From: an uncultured Nitrospinota bacterium
GTDB taxonomy: Bacteria; Tectomicrobia; Entotheonellia; J063; CAVPRW01
Reading direction: 5' to 3'
DNA: 64,000 bases
Assembly (NCBI GenBank): GCA_963707985.1
Contig: CAVPRW010000042.1
Span: forward strand, 128,001-192,000
The notes beneath the pieces are model-generated. The model was not told the DNA's origin, made no database searches, and saw only the letters and a list, made by a program, of their open reading frames with translations. This document shows, one piece after another, positions 11,859 to 22,474 of the stretch (position 1 is the first letter of the stretch; each line of letters begins with the position of its first letter). A program made the translations under genes and the position numbers.

Positions 11859-13199
11859 ATGAGTGCACTGCCGCTGGAAGGCATCCGCGTCCTGGACTTT
11901 ACCGTGGTATGGGCCGGGCCGTTCGCCGCCATGCTGCTGGCAGACTATGGAGCGGAGGTGATTCGCGTCGAATCGCTGAGGTTTTTCCCCAGCGTAACGC
12001 GGGGTCTGACGGCTTATCCCGACCGGGAAGTGAGCCGCACGATGCCGGGGTATGGGTGGGCCTATCCCGACCGCGAGCCGGGGGCTCGCCCCTGGAATCG
12101 ACATCCGATGTTTAACCCTCACGCCCGGAACAAGCTCGGGATGACGGTGGATCTCAGCCGCCCCAGAGGCCGTGAGCTCTTCACCAAGCTGGTGAGCGTC
12201 AGCGATGTGCTGATCGAAAACCACTCAGCTCGATTTATGGAAAATCTCAGCTTAACCTATGAGGTGCTGTCGCGCAGCAAGCCGGACCTGATCATGGTGT
12301 CGATGCCCGCCTTTGGCATGAGCGGTCCGTACAAGTATTATCAGGGATTCGGGATCAATGTCGAGTCGGTGTGCGGCTTGACCTGGCTGCGAGCGTATCC
12401 CGATGGCGATCTGACCGAGACCAGCTCTACCCTGCATATGGATGCCGTGAGCGGCGCTGGAGCGGCATTCGCCATTATGGCCGCCCTCCTCTACCGGCGG
12501 CGCACCGGCAAGGGCCAATGCATCGACTTCTCCCAGGCCGAGAACCTGATGCAGTCGATCGGTGAAAGTCTGATGGATTACACCATGAATGGCCGTGTCC
12601 AGACGAGCCTGGGTAATCGGCACCCCTTCATGGCCCCGCACGGCTGCTATCCCTGCCGAGGAAGCGATCGCTGGGTGGTCATTGCCATCGCCACCGACGC
12701 GGAGTGGGACAGTTTTTGTCAGGTGCTGGGACGTCCGGAGTGGGCCTGTGACGCACGCTTTGCCGACGCGGCTGGTCGCTATCGGCATCAGGATGCCTTG
12801 GATGCTCATCTCACAGCCTGGACCCAGCAGCACCATCCGTGGGAGATTATGACACGGCTGCAACAGGCCGGCATCGCGGCTGGCCCGGTAATGCGCGAGC
12901 CTGACCTGTTTACCGATCCGCATCTGCACGCCCGCGGCTTCTTTCAGGTGGTGACCCAGGCCGAAGCCGGGACATACCCATATCCCGGTGTGATGTGGAC
13001 GATGTCGAAAACGCCGGCCCCATTCCGGCAGCCCTCCAGTGCGGATGGGTGAGCATAATGACTACGTCTATCGCGAGCTCCTGAAGCTCAGCGCTGCAGA
13101 GATCGCAGCGCTTCGCGCCGAGGGCCACATTGGAATGGACTTTCTCGGAAGGGAGGACCCAAATGCCAGCGATCCCCGAGTATGAGATCTATGCCATGA
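11859..13199 (+). CDS. Class III CoA-transferase (CaiB/BaiF), frameshift near 13040; 3' end approximate
   Basis: RVLDFTVVWAGP, LADYGAEVIRVES, ARNKLG, HMDAVSG, APHGCYPCRG; shifted tail GEHNDYVYRELL. Confidence 0.88.
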
Positions 13200-13937
13200 A
13201 GTATGCCGAGCGCCAGGCGGACCTATCCACGTTCATGCTGGGCGTCGAGCCCGGTCGTGAGACGATCACCATCGACTACTTCGTCTGGCTTCTGCAGGGG
13301 GGAGCTGAGCCGATTGTCGTCGACACCGGCTTTACACCGCAGATCGCCGAGGCACGTAAACGCAAATATATCGCTAGCCCGGCCGACCAGCTCCGCAAGC
13401 TGGGGGTCGATCCCACCGATGTAAAAAAGGTGCTTGTCTCCCATCTGCACTGGGATCATTTTGGCGGCTTCGGCTTCTTCCCCAATGCCACATTCTATCT
13501 ACAGACCAAGGAATATCAATACTGGACAGGTCCCGTGATGCGCTTCCGCGCGGCACAAGGGTCGGTTGAAGCCAATGATATGGTCGAGCTGGTGACGACT
13601 GAATATGCAGGGAAGGGTGCACTTCGTCGATGGTATTGAAGAGGTCGTTCCCGGCATCTCGCTGCACTATGTCGGTGGACATACTGCCGGTATCCAGGTG
13701 GCACGGGTCAACACGCAGAAGGGCCACGCTGTTGTGGCATCGGATGCCTCGCACCTGTTCAGGAATGTTGAGGAAAATACCCCCGCGAACTTGATCACGA
13801 ACCTGCCCGAGATGTTCAGCGCCTTCGACGCTATTCGCGGACTCTCTTCAGGCCCGAATCTCTGGTTGCCCGGCCATGACCCGGCCGTTCTGCAGCGCTT
13901 CCCGACGCACAGTGCCGGTATCGCCTATGTGAAGTAA
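13163..13937 (+). CDS. N-acyl-homoserine lactonase-like MBL hydrolase, frameshift near 13600
   Basis: VDTGF, SHLHWDH, GGHTAG, ASDASH, PGHDP. Confidence 0.85.
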
Positions 13938-13990
13938 CGCAACAGGACTGGAGTGAGGGAGCTACCGCACACTGCAGCAAAGGAGGATCT

Positions 13991-15628
13991 ATGGCACAGA
14001 TGACGGGTGGGCAGGCAGTCGTCCAGGCACTGCAGCGAGAAGGGGTCGAATATGTGTTCGGCCTACCAGGTGTACAGATTATGGGGATCTACGACGCCTT
14101 CTATGGGCAGTCCGATGTGAAGCTGATCACCGTGCGCCATGAGCAAACCACCGCCTATATGGCGGATGGCTATGCTCGGGTGACCGGAAAACCGGGGGTG
14201 GGCCTGGTGGTGCCAGGACCAGGGCTGCAAAATGCCTCGGCGGCGTTGGGCACCGCCTATTCCTGCTCATCGCCAGTGCTGTTGGTGGCGGGCCAGATCG
14301 AGAGCTACATGCTGGGGCAGGACAAGGGGGCGCTCCATGAGATCAACGATCAACTTGATATCGTTCGTCCGATCACCAAGTGGTGCGAGCGCGTCTTGAG
14401 CGTCGAGAAAATCCCTGCAGCCATCCATGAGGCCATGCGTCAGATGCAGACCGGAAGGCCACGCCCTACGCTGGTGGAGGTGCCCCCTGACGTGCTGGCC
14501 ACAGTCGCCGACGTGACCCTCCCCACCCCTGAACATTATGCTCCGTTGTCGCCCGATCAGACCGATATCCAGCGCGCCGCCGAGTTGCTCGCCACGGCCA
14601 GAAAGCCGCTGATCTGGGCCGGTGGTGGAGTCATTGTGGGGGACGCGTCGGCAGAGTTACAAGCACTTGCGGAAGCTCTGGGGGCTCCAGTCGCTACCAC
14701 GCCGGAGGGTAAGGGAGCGATCCCCGAAGATCATGCGCTGGCGCTCGGCGTAGGCTATTATGGACACGGTGCGCCGTCTTATGCCGCACCGCGTGCCGAC
14801 GTGATCCTGGCTGTTGGCACGCGCCTCACCGGTCAGATGCGTGGACCGACTGCCCCCATAGCCCCGCAGCGGCTGATTCATCTGGACGTCGATGCCGCGG
14901 TGATCGGGAAGAACTATCCAGCTGACATCGCCCTGGTTGGGCATGCGAAGCAGGGACTGCAGATGCTCCTGGAGGCTGTGCGCACGCAGAAAGTGCCTCA
15001 AGAACGCTGGCCGCGTCAGGAACTAGACGAAATTATCCGCGAGAACGCTGCGTGGGTGCGGCAGCAGGCACCACTACAGTGTGAAATTATCGGGCAATTG
15101 CAGCAGGTGCTCGACGACGATGCCGTGGTTGTCAGCGGTATCACCAACGTGGGCTACTGGTCGCATTTCGCGCTTCGCGTCCGGCGCCCTCGCACGTACC
15201 TGAGCGCGTCTTATTTTGCGACGCTGGGCTTTGCCTTCCCCACTGCCCTGGGAGCGAAGGTTGCTGCCCCCCATCGTCAGGTCGTCAGCCTATCGGGTGA
15301 CGGGGGCTTCATGTATGCGCTGCCTGAGCTGGCAACCGCCGTGCAGTATGGCATCAATCTGGTGGCATTGGTGTTTGTCGACGGCGCCTTCGGGGCGTCC
15401 AACAATGACCAGCGCACGCGCTATCAAGGCAGGGTCGTGGGGACGAACATTCACAACCCCAACTTCGCGCAGGTGGCAGAGGCCTTCGGGGCAAAGGGCA
15501 TGCGGGTCGAGCCAGATAAGCTGGCAACTGCATTAGAAGAGGCGTTTGAGGCCAACCGGCCGACGCTAATCGAGGTGCCGGTGCCGACGATGGCGCCACC
15601 ATTCCAGATCCCGCCGCGTGGAGAGTAA
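13991..15628 (+). CDS. Thiamine-pyrophosphate-binding protein (acetolactate synthase large-subunit-like)
   Basis: FGLPG, VRHEQ...MADGYAR, GDGGFMY TPP motif. Confidence 0.92.
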   Translation: MAQMTGGQAVVQALQREGVEYVFGLPGVQIMGIYDAFYGQSDVKLITVRHEQTTAYMADGYARVTGKPGVGLVVPGPGLQNASAALGTAYSCSSPVLLVAGQIESYMLGQDKGALHEINDQLDIVRPITKWCERVLSVEKIPAAIHEAMRQMQTGRPRPTLVEVPPDVLATVADVTLPTPEHYAPLSPDQTDIQRAAELLATARKPLIWAGGGVIVGDASAELQALAEALGAPVATTPEGKGAIPEDHALALGVGYYGHGAPSYAAPRADVILAVGTRLTGQMRGPTAPIAPQRLIHLDVDAAVIGKNYPADIALVGHAKQGLQMLLEAVRTQKVPQERWPRQELDEIIRENAAWVRQQAPLQCEIIGQLQQVLDDDAVVVSGITNVGYWSHFALRVRRPRTYLSASYFATLGFAFPTALGAKVAAPHRQVVSLSGDGGFMYALPELATAVQYGINLVALVFVDGAFGASNNDQRTRYQGRVVGTNIHNPNFAQVAEAFGAKGMRVEPDKLATALEEAFEANRPTLIEVPVPTMAPPFQIPPRGE

Positions 15629-16211
15629 CGGTGCCCCTTGACTATATTGGCCAATCAATTTCCAGGGCAGCGCAAGTGGCGTGGAGCGCCTCAGTGGTAT
15701 GACAGGCAATTTATTCCACATCTGGCCCCCACGGCCCTCATCGGCTCGAGGGCCGCAACCCGATCCGATTTCGCATCCCTGACCACGAAGGTTTCATCGA
15801 GAGTGCAGTCGCGAAAGCTGGAGCCCCTGAACACATAACACATTGCTCGCGGTTCTGGTGCGCAAAGTACGTGAGAGAGGGAAGAGAGGCATGATCTCTT
15901 GGGGGGTATTATGTCCCATGGCTGGACACCATACCCCATTGCGGGCATGTGCCTCCCCATCACGAATCGCCTCATGCCTCTTGCAGCTTTCTTCCCTTAG
16001 GGCTTTCCTCGCCTAAGCGCAGCATTTCCGTGCCAACCGGCCTGGGATTTGCCCATAGGGAATGTCATTTTCTCGCTTTGTGATGCCAGCATGGATCTGG
16101 ACGCCCAGTCTTGCTCGTGAAGTAGGGCGCATCTGGCAGCGCCAGGAGGGCCAGATCGAGGCCTCAACTCAGCAGATGAGGCTCTCGTGCAAAAAGGAAG
16201 GGAAAGAATCT

Positions 16212-17886
16212 ATGCCTGGGATACGCATTGTCATCATCGGTGGGATGGCTGGAGGGGCGAGTGCTGCGGCGCGAGCCCGTAGGCTGTCTGAGGAGGCTGT
16301 GATTACTGTCGTCGAACGCGGCCCGCATGTATCCTTTGCCAATTGTGGCCTGCCCTATTTCGTCGGCGGCGAAATCGTTGGCCGGGACGCCCTGCTGATT
16401 CATACCCCCGAGAGCCTGCGGCGCCGCTTTAATGTCGATGTGCATGTGCTGACCGAAGCCGTGCACATCGACCGTCGGACGCGGGAAGTCGAGCTCCACG
16501 ATCTCACGTCGAACACGTCTTACCGAGAAGCCTATGATGCGCTGGTGCTTTCCACCGGAGCGGGGCCCCTGAAACCACCGATCCCAGGCATAGAACGACC
16601 AGGGCATTTCACTGTACGGAACATTCCAGACGTCGAAGCCATTATGGCCTGGATCAATGCGCATCAGGCGTGCCGAGCCGTAGTCGTGGGGGGCGGCTAT
16701 ATCGGCCTGGAGATGGCCGAGCAGTTGCACCGGCGAGGGCTCTCCGTAGCTCTCGCCGAGGCGCTTCCCCAGGTGATGGCACCCCTGGATCCGGAAATGG
16801 CTGCGTGGCTGCATCAGGAATTACGTCGCCACCAGGTCGCGTTGTATCTGAATGATGGCGTGGCCGCCTTCGAAACCCCGGCTGCCGGCGAACGAGCGGC
16901 GGCATCGGTGGTCGTGCTGCGGAGCGGCGCTCGACTGCCCGCCGACCTAGTCATCCTCGGGCTTGGGGTGCGTCCTGAGATCGATCTGGCACGCGATGCA
17001 GGGCTGGAAATCGGGGAACATGGCGGCATCCGGGTGGATGAGCACTTGCAAACCAGCGACCCGCATATCTGGGCTGTGGGCGATGCGATCGAGGTGCGCG
17101 ATGCGGTCACCGGCGCCTGGAGTCTGATACCGCTGGCGGGGCCAGCAAATCGGCAGGGCCGCATCGCGGCAGACAATATCTGCGGACGTAGCTCGCGTTA
17201 TCAGGGGACGTGGGGAACCGCGATCCTCCGCCTGTTTGACTGCACTGCAGCCTGCACCGGCGCTAGCGAGAAGACGTTACGCAGGGCCGGCATCCCATTC
17301 GAGGTGGTGCATCTGCATCCAGGCTCGCATGCCGGTTATTATCCTGGTGCCACACCGCTAACACTGAAGCTGCTCTATGCTCCAGGCAGCGGCAAACTGC
17401 TGGGTGCTCAGGTGGTCGGCGCCGAGGGAGTGGATAAGCGCCTCGATGTGTTGGCCACAGGGCTGCAGGCCGGGATGACAGTGCATGATTTGGCCGATCT
17501 GGAGCTGGCCTATGCACCGCCGTTTAGCTCGGCGAAAGATCCGGTGAACCTGGCGGGCATGGTGGCGCAGAATGTCCTGCATGGCGATGTAAAGGTCATC
17601 CAATGGCACGAACTCGCGGGGCTCGACCCCAGCAGCAGCTTAGTCCTCGACGTGCGCGACGACGCCGAGCGCCGGGAGGGATCGGATCCCCGGCTCGGTG
17701 CATATACCGCTGCCAGCGTTGCGGTCGCGTCTTAGCGAATTGCCGAAGGACCGTGAAATCATCCCTTACTGCCGCTCCGGGCAGCGCTCCTACTATGCCA
17801 GTCGCATCCTCCTTCAGCATGGCTTCCGGGTACGCAACCTCAGCGGGTCTTATCGTACTTGGCAGACGGCGACGCACGACGACTGA
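16212..17886 (+). CDS. CoA-disulfide/persulfide reductase with C-terminal rhodanese domain; frameshift near 17680
   Basis: GGMAGGASAAARARR, SFANCGLPY, GGGYIGLE, LELAYAPPF, rhodanese YCRSGQRSY. Confidence 0.88.
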
Positions 17887-18036
17887 ACGGGGCTGTGCCA
17901 GTGGCGCGAGGGCGACTTGTCAAGCGATACCCTGATAGACCATCGAGACGACGCACTGTTTGAGCATGTGGCAGCTGTTCATGCGGTCATGATAGACGTC
18001 GATTTTCACCTGGCCAGCTGGCTGCGCAGATGATGA

Positions 18037-18927
18037 TTGCCATGGTGCTCTACCAGGCGTGTACTGCCGGCCATACCTCTGTTAGGGCGCACGAATACGA
18101 GCGTCAACCCCCTCTTTCCATGGGCGAAAGCGGCCGAGAAGGCAACGCGTTTGACCACGCTTGAACTGCTTGCGCTCATGGCCATCTTCTTCCTGACCAG
18201 CGTGATCAGCGTCGTAACGGGCAGCACATCGCTCATTACCGTCCCCGCTCTATTACAGTTCGGCATTGACCCTCGCGTAGCGGTGGCGACGAATATGTTT
18301 GCCCTCACCTGTATGAGCCTCGGGGGTACACTCTCCTTTATGGGGAGCAAGACGATCGACCGGAGGCGCCTGCCCCTGCTGGCGGTGCTCACCCTGATCA
18401 GCTCTATCATCGGCGCACGACTGGTATTAGTGGTTCCCGCCAGGAGCATGCCCTTCCTCATCGCCATCTTTATGCTGACCATTGCGGGGTTTTCCCTGAT
18501 CAAACAGGAAGCGGGTATGACCCCGGACGAGGTGGCACCCTCACGCGGTGCGGAAGTCGGCGGCTATGCGGTGACGTTTCTCCTGGGGATCTATGGGGGG
18601 TTTTTTAGCGGTGGCTATGTGACCCTGCTCACGGCGGCCTACGTTGCCCTCTTCGGCATGACATTTATCCGAGCCGTGGCGACGACCAAAGTCATCAACA
18701 TTGTCTCCTCACTGGTTGCCACCATCGTATTCGCCCTCCTTGGGCTCATCGATTACCGGCTTGGCATCCTCTTGGGGGTAACCATGTTCCTAGGCGGAAT
18801 CATTGGGGGGTATGCTGCGCTCAGAATGCAGAACGTCTGGTTGCGGCGTGTCTTTCTCCTGACGGTCATCGTCCTCGCGCTGAAAACCCTCCTGTATGAC
18901 ATCGCCTGGAAGATGCTGCACGCATAG
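18037..18927 (+). CDS. TauE/SafE-family sulfite exporter (start probably ~18150)
   Basis: Hydrophobic multi-TM ORF; SLITVPALL, AVATN, GIYGGFFSGG. Confidence 0.82.
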   Translation: MPWCSTRRVLPAIPLLGRTNTSVNPLFPWAKAAEKATRLTTLELLALMAIFFLTSVISVVTGSTSLITVPALLQFGIDPRVAVATNMFALTCMSLGGTLSFMGSKTIDRRRLPLLAVLTLISSIIGARLVLVVPARSMPFLIAIFMLTIAGFSLIKQEAGMTPDEVAPSRGAEVGGYAVTFLLGIYGGFFSGGYVTLLTAAYVALFGMTFIRAVATTKVINIVSSLVATIVFALLGLIDYRLGILLGVTMFLGGIIGGYAALRMQNVWLRRVFLLTVIVLALKTLLYDIAWKMLHA

Positions 18928-19304
18928 ACGGGGCCGGTGTCAACATCACCGTCGTCACTCCTGAGCCCGTCAGTTGGGGCACGTGCAGCGTGTGCCCCCG
19001 GTCTGCCGAGAACGTACGGCTATAGACGGGGCTCGAAGCATGTCAAGCATGCTTGTCCGCCCACCAGGCCCTGCGCGATCAGAACAGCCTTTTTCCCACG
19101 CCTCGCCCATGGCCTGTGCCCAGGACGCGCCGGATGATGACGCGACACCACAGGCGACACCCCGACAAGAGGGCTCTGCAACTGGCGAGAAGGCACGAGG
19201 TGCGACGACCATCATGACGATCACCCATAGCGCCCCGTCAAGCGCTGCCATGATCTGCCGTGATCTCCGAGGGCTCCCAATCCCGCCTGAACTCTAGGAA
19301 GCCG

Positions 19305-19835
19305 CTAGTGATCGGAGGCGTGCGGCCCATGATCAGCACGCTGGGCCATAAACCAGTGGTGGATGGCCATCACCAAGGCGGGCTCCTTCGCCGTGTACCG
19401 AATCTGTGCGCCATCGGGCAATGGCAAATACTGGATGTCGATCTGCCCAGCCCCAGCTTTTAGCTCGGCCAGCCCGGGCATCGCCTCGCCATGAATCTTG
19501 GCTGGGTCAGAGAAGTCACCGCGTTGAAACTTTTCCGCCTCTTCCTTGAGGTGGGCTTGAATGAGGGCGATCTGCTCGTGGTTTGCAGGGTCCTTCGCCC
19601 TGACGGTCTGCAGGCCGCCGTCGTTCAGGGACTGGAAGACATGCATGGTCTGCTCGAGATCGAAGGGCATGACTTGAGCGCCGCGGGTGGCAATCTCGCC
19701 TTGACGGGCCGCGGTACCGGATCCTTCCATGCCGGAAACCGCCCCGACCATGGTCATTACTAGCAGGAGCGCGCTCACACCCAGTAGCAGGATGGTTTTG
19801 TATGGACCCCTTGAGCGAATAGAGGTAACGTTCAC
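19305..19835 (-). CDS. Secreted hypothetical protein, His/Met-containing
   Basis: N-terminal hydrophobic signal; VMPFDLEQTMHVF, IHGEAMPGL, IHHWFMAQRADHG. Confidence 0.7.
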   Translation of the reverse strand: MNVTSIRSRGPYKTILLLGVSALLLVMTMVGAVSGMEGSGTAARQGEIATRGAQVMPFDLEQTMHVFQSLNDGGLQTVRAKDPANHEQIALIQAHLKEEAEKFQRGDFSDPAKIHGEAMPGLAELKAGAGQIDIQYLPLPDGAQIRYTAKEPALVMAIHHWFMAQRADHGPHASDH

Positions 19836-19879
19836 GTCGAGCCTCCTTTCAATGCTGATGTCGTGGGTCTCCCTGCACT

Positions 19880-20754
19880 AGTGAGTAGGTAGGGGAACCG
19901 CTCCTCGTATTTGTGCGGGAAGACGGATCGGATACTTCACGCAACGCTTCTCCAATGCCTCGTAGACCTCTGGCTTGGCGCAGGCAATATCGGCCTGACA
20001 GCCCACTTCCTTGCCTCGCTTCTGCTGGCGCTTGATCTCTGGGAGCAGCAGTCCGTCCCAGTCCTCGACGCTGTGAACGTTGCCGGGCCACAGCTTGGCG
20101 GCCAGGCAGTCACCATCCCGCTTGAACAGCAGGAGCGGGTGATAGCAGGTGGACTCGAAGTGTCCTTTGTAGGCACTGTGTTCTTGCTGACCGTAGACTG
20201 GGATCTCGGTGCTGTTCATGTCTAGCACCACCGAGGCGAATCGATCGCTTCCGCCCTGCTGATCAGCTCGCGATTGATCGCCTCCAGACCGGCAAGGTTT
20301 TCTTCTTCGGCAAGCAGTTCCGTCTCAAAGGAATGCAACCTCGAAGCCAGCGCCGTGCCCCGTTCCCAGATTTTCTCCAAACCGATGAACTGAAGGGTCG
20401 GGCCCGCCGACACCCGTTCGGCATCATTCAGATCTTCATAGCCCGCCAGCCGGCTGTAGATCAACTGCCGTAGCAAGTCGGCCACTGGAAATTACGTGTT
20501 GCGCCCACGATCCATGTCGGTCAGATACCGCTCGATCAGCGCGTCCATCCCAACTGCTCTTCCACCTTTCGAAGCACCATCATCCCGCCATCCGAGGTCA
20601 CTCACGATCCCTGAAAATCGACCCGCAAGGAGCTATTGAAGGATAGCTGCAACGGCTCGTTTTGTTTCTCACCCATGGGGTATGGCCCTCCGGAAGGCCA
20701 TCCTCATGCTGGAACCTGCATGAATCTTCGTGTTGAAGGTCAGTCTAATTCAGG
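19880..20754 (-). mobile_element. IS1380-family transposase remnant (degenerate)
   Basis: Fragments RLAGYEDLNDAER, VLDMNSTEIPVYGQQE, YKGHFESTCYHPLLLF; stops, frameshifts and 3' truncation. Confidence 0.8.
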
Positions 20755-20783
20755 CATAGTGATTGTAAATCGACCATCAGGGC

Positions 20784-21239
20784 TCAATAATCTAGCACCT
20801 TGTTAGCGGCGATGATGAGCTCTGCGAGGCCACCCTCCTGGGCCATCTGCGCACCGGGGCGTAAGGATTTCTCATCGAGTCCCGCTGCCATGGCACAGTG
20901 GCGACAGACCATCACCTTGCCTCCAGCCTTCACAAAGGCATCGTAGGCTTTGGCGGCTGTGCCGCCCTGACCCCACTGCAGATCAAGGGGCTGTCGTGCA
21001 TCGGCCAGGCGCACGCCTTCCAAATCAAGCATAAGCGTGACCTGCGCCCCCTTTGATTGCATGAGCTCGGCAATCGTCAGGGCCATGAGGGCCGCATGCA
21101 AATCATCCGTGTAGTGCTGCAGGTGCACGACGATCTGCTGTTTCCCCTGCGCACCGGCCAGGACACCCCCGATCCCCGACATCGTGAATAACACGCTGAG
21201 GCCGGCCACCACCGCCACGAGAGTTCTCATCCTGTTCAT
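20784..21239 (-). CDS. DsrE-family protein with signal peptide
   Basis: VTLMLDLEGVRLAD, VMVCRHC, ANKVLDY; hydrophobic N-terminus. Confidence 0.8.
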   Translation of the reverse strand: MNRMRTLVAVVAGLSVLFTMSGIGGVLAGAQGKQQIVVHLQHYTDDLHAALMALTIAELMQSKGAQVTLMLDLEGVRLADARQPLDLQWGQGGTAAKAYDAFVKAGGKVMVCRHCAMAAGLDEKSLRPGAQMAQEGGLAELIIAANKVLDY

Positions 21240-21318
21240 GGTATCCTCCTTGGTTCCCAAGAGCCCCTGTTGAAACCTCTGTCATAGCACAAACGGCGCC
21301 ACTCAAAACATCCTCCAG

Positions 21319-21811
21319 CTACTTCACTGGTGCTTCCACCGACAGCTGGCCTGCCCGCTCGAACGTGAGCGTCACCGACACCGCGTCGCCTGGTTTCAGG
21401 TCACGCGTCAGGCCGAGTCAGCATCATGTGATAGCCCCCCGGTTTCATTTCGAGCGTCCCACCTGCCGGCACCGCAAACTTGGGCAGCGGTCGCATCATC
21501 ATGGTGCCACCTACCGCGACCGTTTCGTGCAGCTCCACGGTGGTGGCCGCACTCGAGATTGCGGACACGAGGGCATCGGACTCGCTCCCATGGTTGCGGA
21601 TCGTGACATAGATGGCACCGTTCCCCGTCATCGTCGGGCCCTGATGTGGCGTCCCTTGCCCCTCCGGCGCCATCATGGGGGCTCTGCGGACCCAGGCGTT
21701 TTCAAGCTGGATCGTCTGTGCGTCGGGACCTGTTTGTCCAGCCCAGGCATCCCCGAGCGTAATGAGCGCGAACATGGCCAGGAATGCACTCACCGGGAGC
21801 GTGTGTCGCAT
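21319..21811 (-). CDS. Copper chaperone PCu(A)C, frameshift near 21415
   Basis: NAWVR, ELHET...MMMR...PGGYHMML copper motif; shifted tail DLKPGDAVSVTLTFERAG. Confidence 0.85.
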
Positions 21812-21989
21812 GGTCTATCCCCCCACAGGGTCTTACTCAAACTCTCCAGAAAGGGAGGGGATCAATTTTCTAGTGATGCAAGTGACTCGGCATGCTAGAT
21901 TCACATCCATGGGAATTTCTCCCCACCCTCCTCCTGGGACCCCCAATATGGGCGACCTGTGCTCTTCGGACAGGTCGTTGAGGCTGCCA

Positions 21990-22112
21990 ATGACTCGAAG
22001 CGTGGTGCCCGTGATCGGAGAGTTGTGCCATGAACCAGTGATGCAGCGTCACAACCAGCGCGGGATCCTTCGTGCTGTACCGAATCTGCGCGCCATTTGG
22101 CAATTGGGAAAA
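21990..22112 (-). pseudogene. C-terminal remnant of a second copy of the 19305-19835 gene
   Basis: LPNGAQIRYSTKDPALVVTLHHWFMAQLSDHG versus LPDGAQIRYTAKEPALVMAIHHWFMAQRADHG. Confidence 0.75.
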
Positions 22113-22118
22113 CATTTA

Positions 22119-22246
22119 TCCTCGGTTCGCTCATATTTGCTGCAAGCGATTGAAAATATTGCGGAGCGACCTTAAAAAGGCGAGTTTTTTGACGTCCAAA
22201 AACTCTTGCAATCATCACTGGTGACAAGAAATGAGCGAACCGAGGG
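22119..22246. mobile_element. MITE 1 (128 bp)
   Basis: TIR cctcggttcgctcat / atgagcgaaccgagg; flanking 6-bp direct repeat CATTTA (22113-18, 22247-52). Confidence 0.75.
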
Positions 22247-22254
22247 CATTTATA

Positions 22255-22473
22255 CTCACGGTTCGCTCATTTTTTAGACCAGTTCCAAACATTGCCCTAT
22301 AACTCGTTGATTTTCGGAACCCTCGTACAACCTGACGGTCACTCCACAGCACACGGATGGGTCCACGGGGCCGAACAAGCCAAGAGCAGACGGACCGTCA
22401 ACTTTCAAAAACTCTGTGATTTCAAATCCTTGTCAAATGTTGAAAACCGTCGAAAAAATGAGCGAACCGTGAG
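22255..22473. mobile_element. MITE 2 (219 bp), same TIR family as MITE 1
   Basis: TIR ctcacggttcgctcattttt / aaaaatgagcgaaccgtgag; flanking 6-bp direct repeat TTTATA (22249-54, 22474-79). Confidence 0.8.
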
Positions 22474-22474
22474 T

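Noticed and set aside
22119..22473. Four copies of CGGTTCGCTCAT as a CRISPR array
   Set aside because: The copies alternate in orientation with unequal spacing and no cas genes are present; they are MITE terminal repeats.
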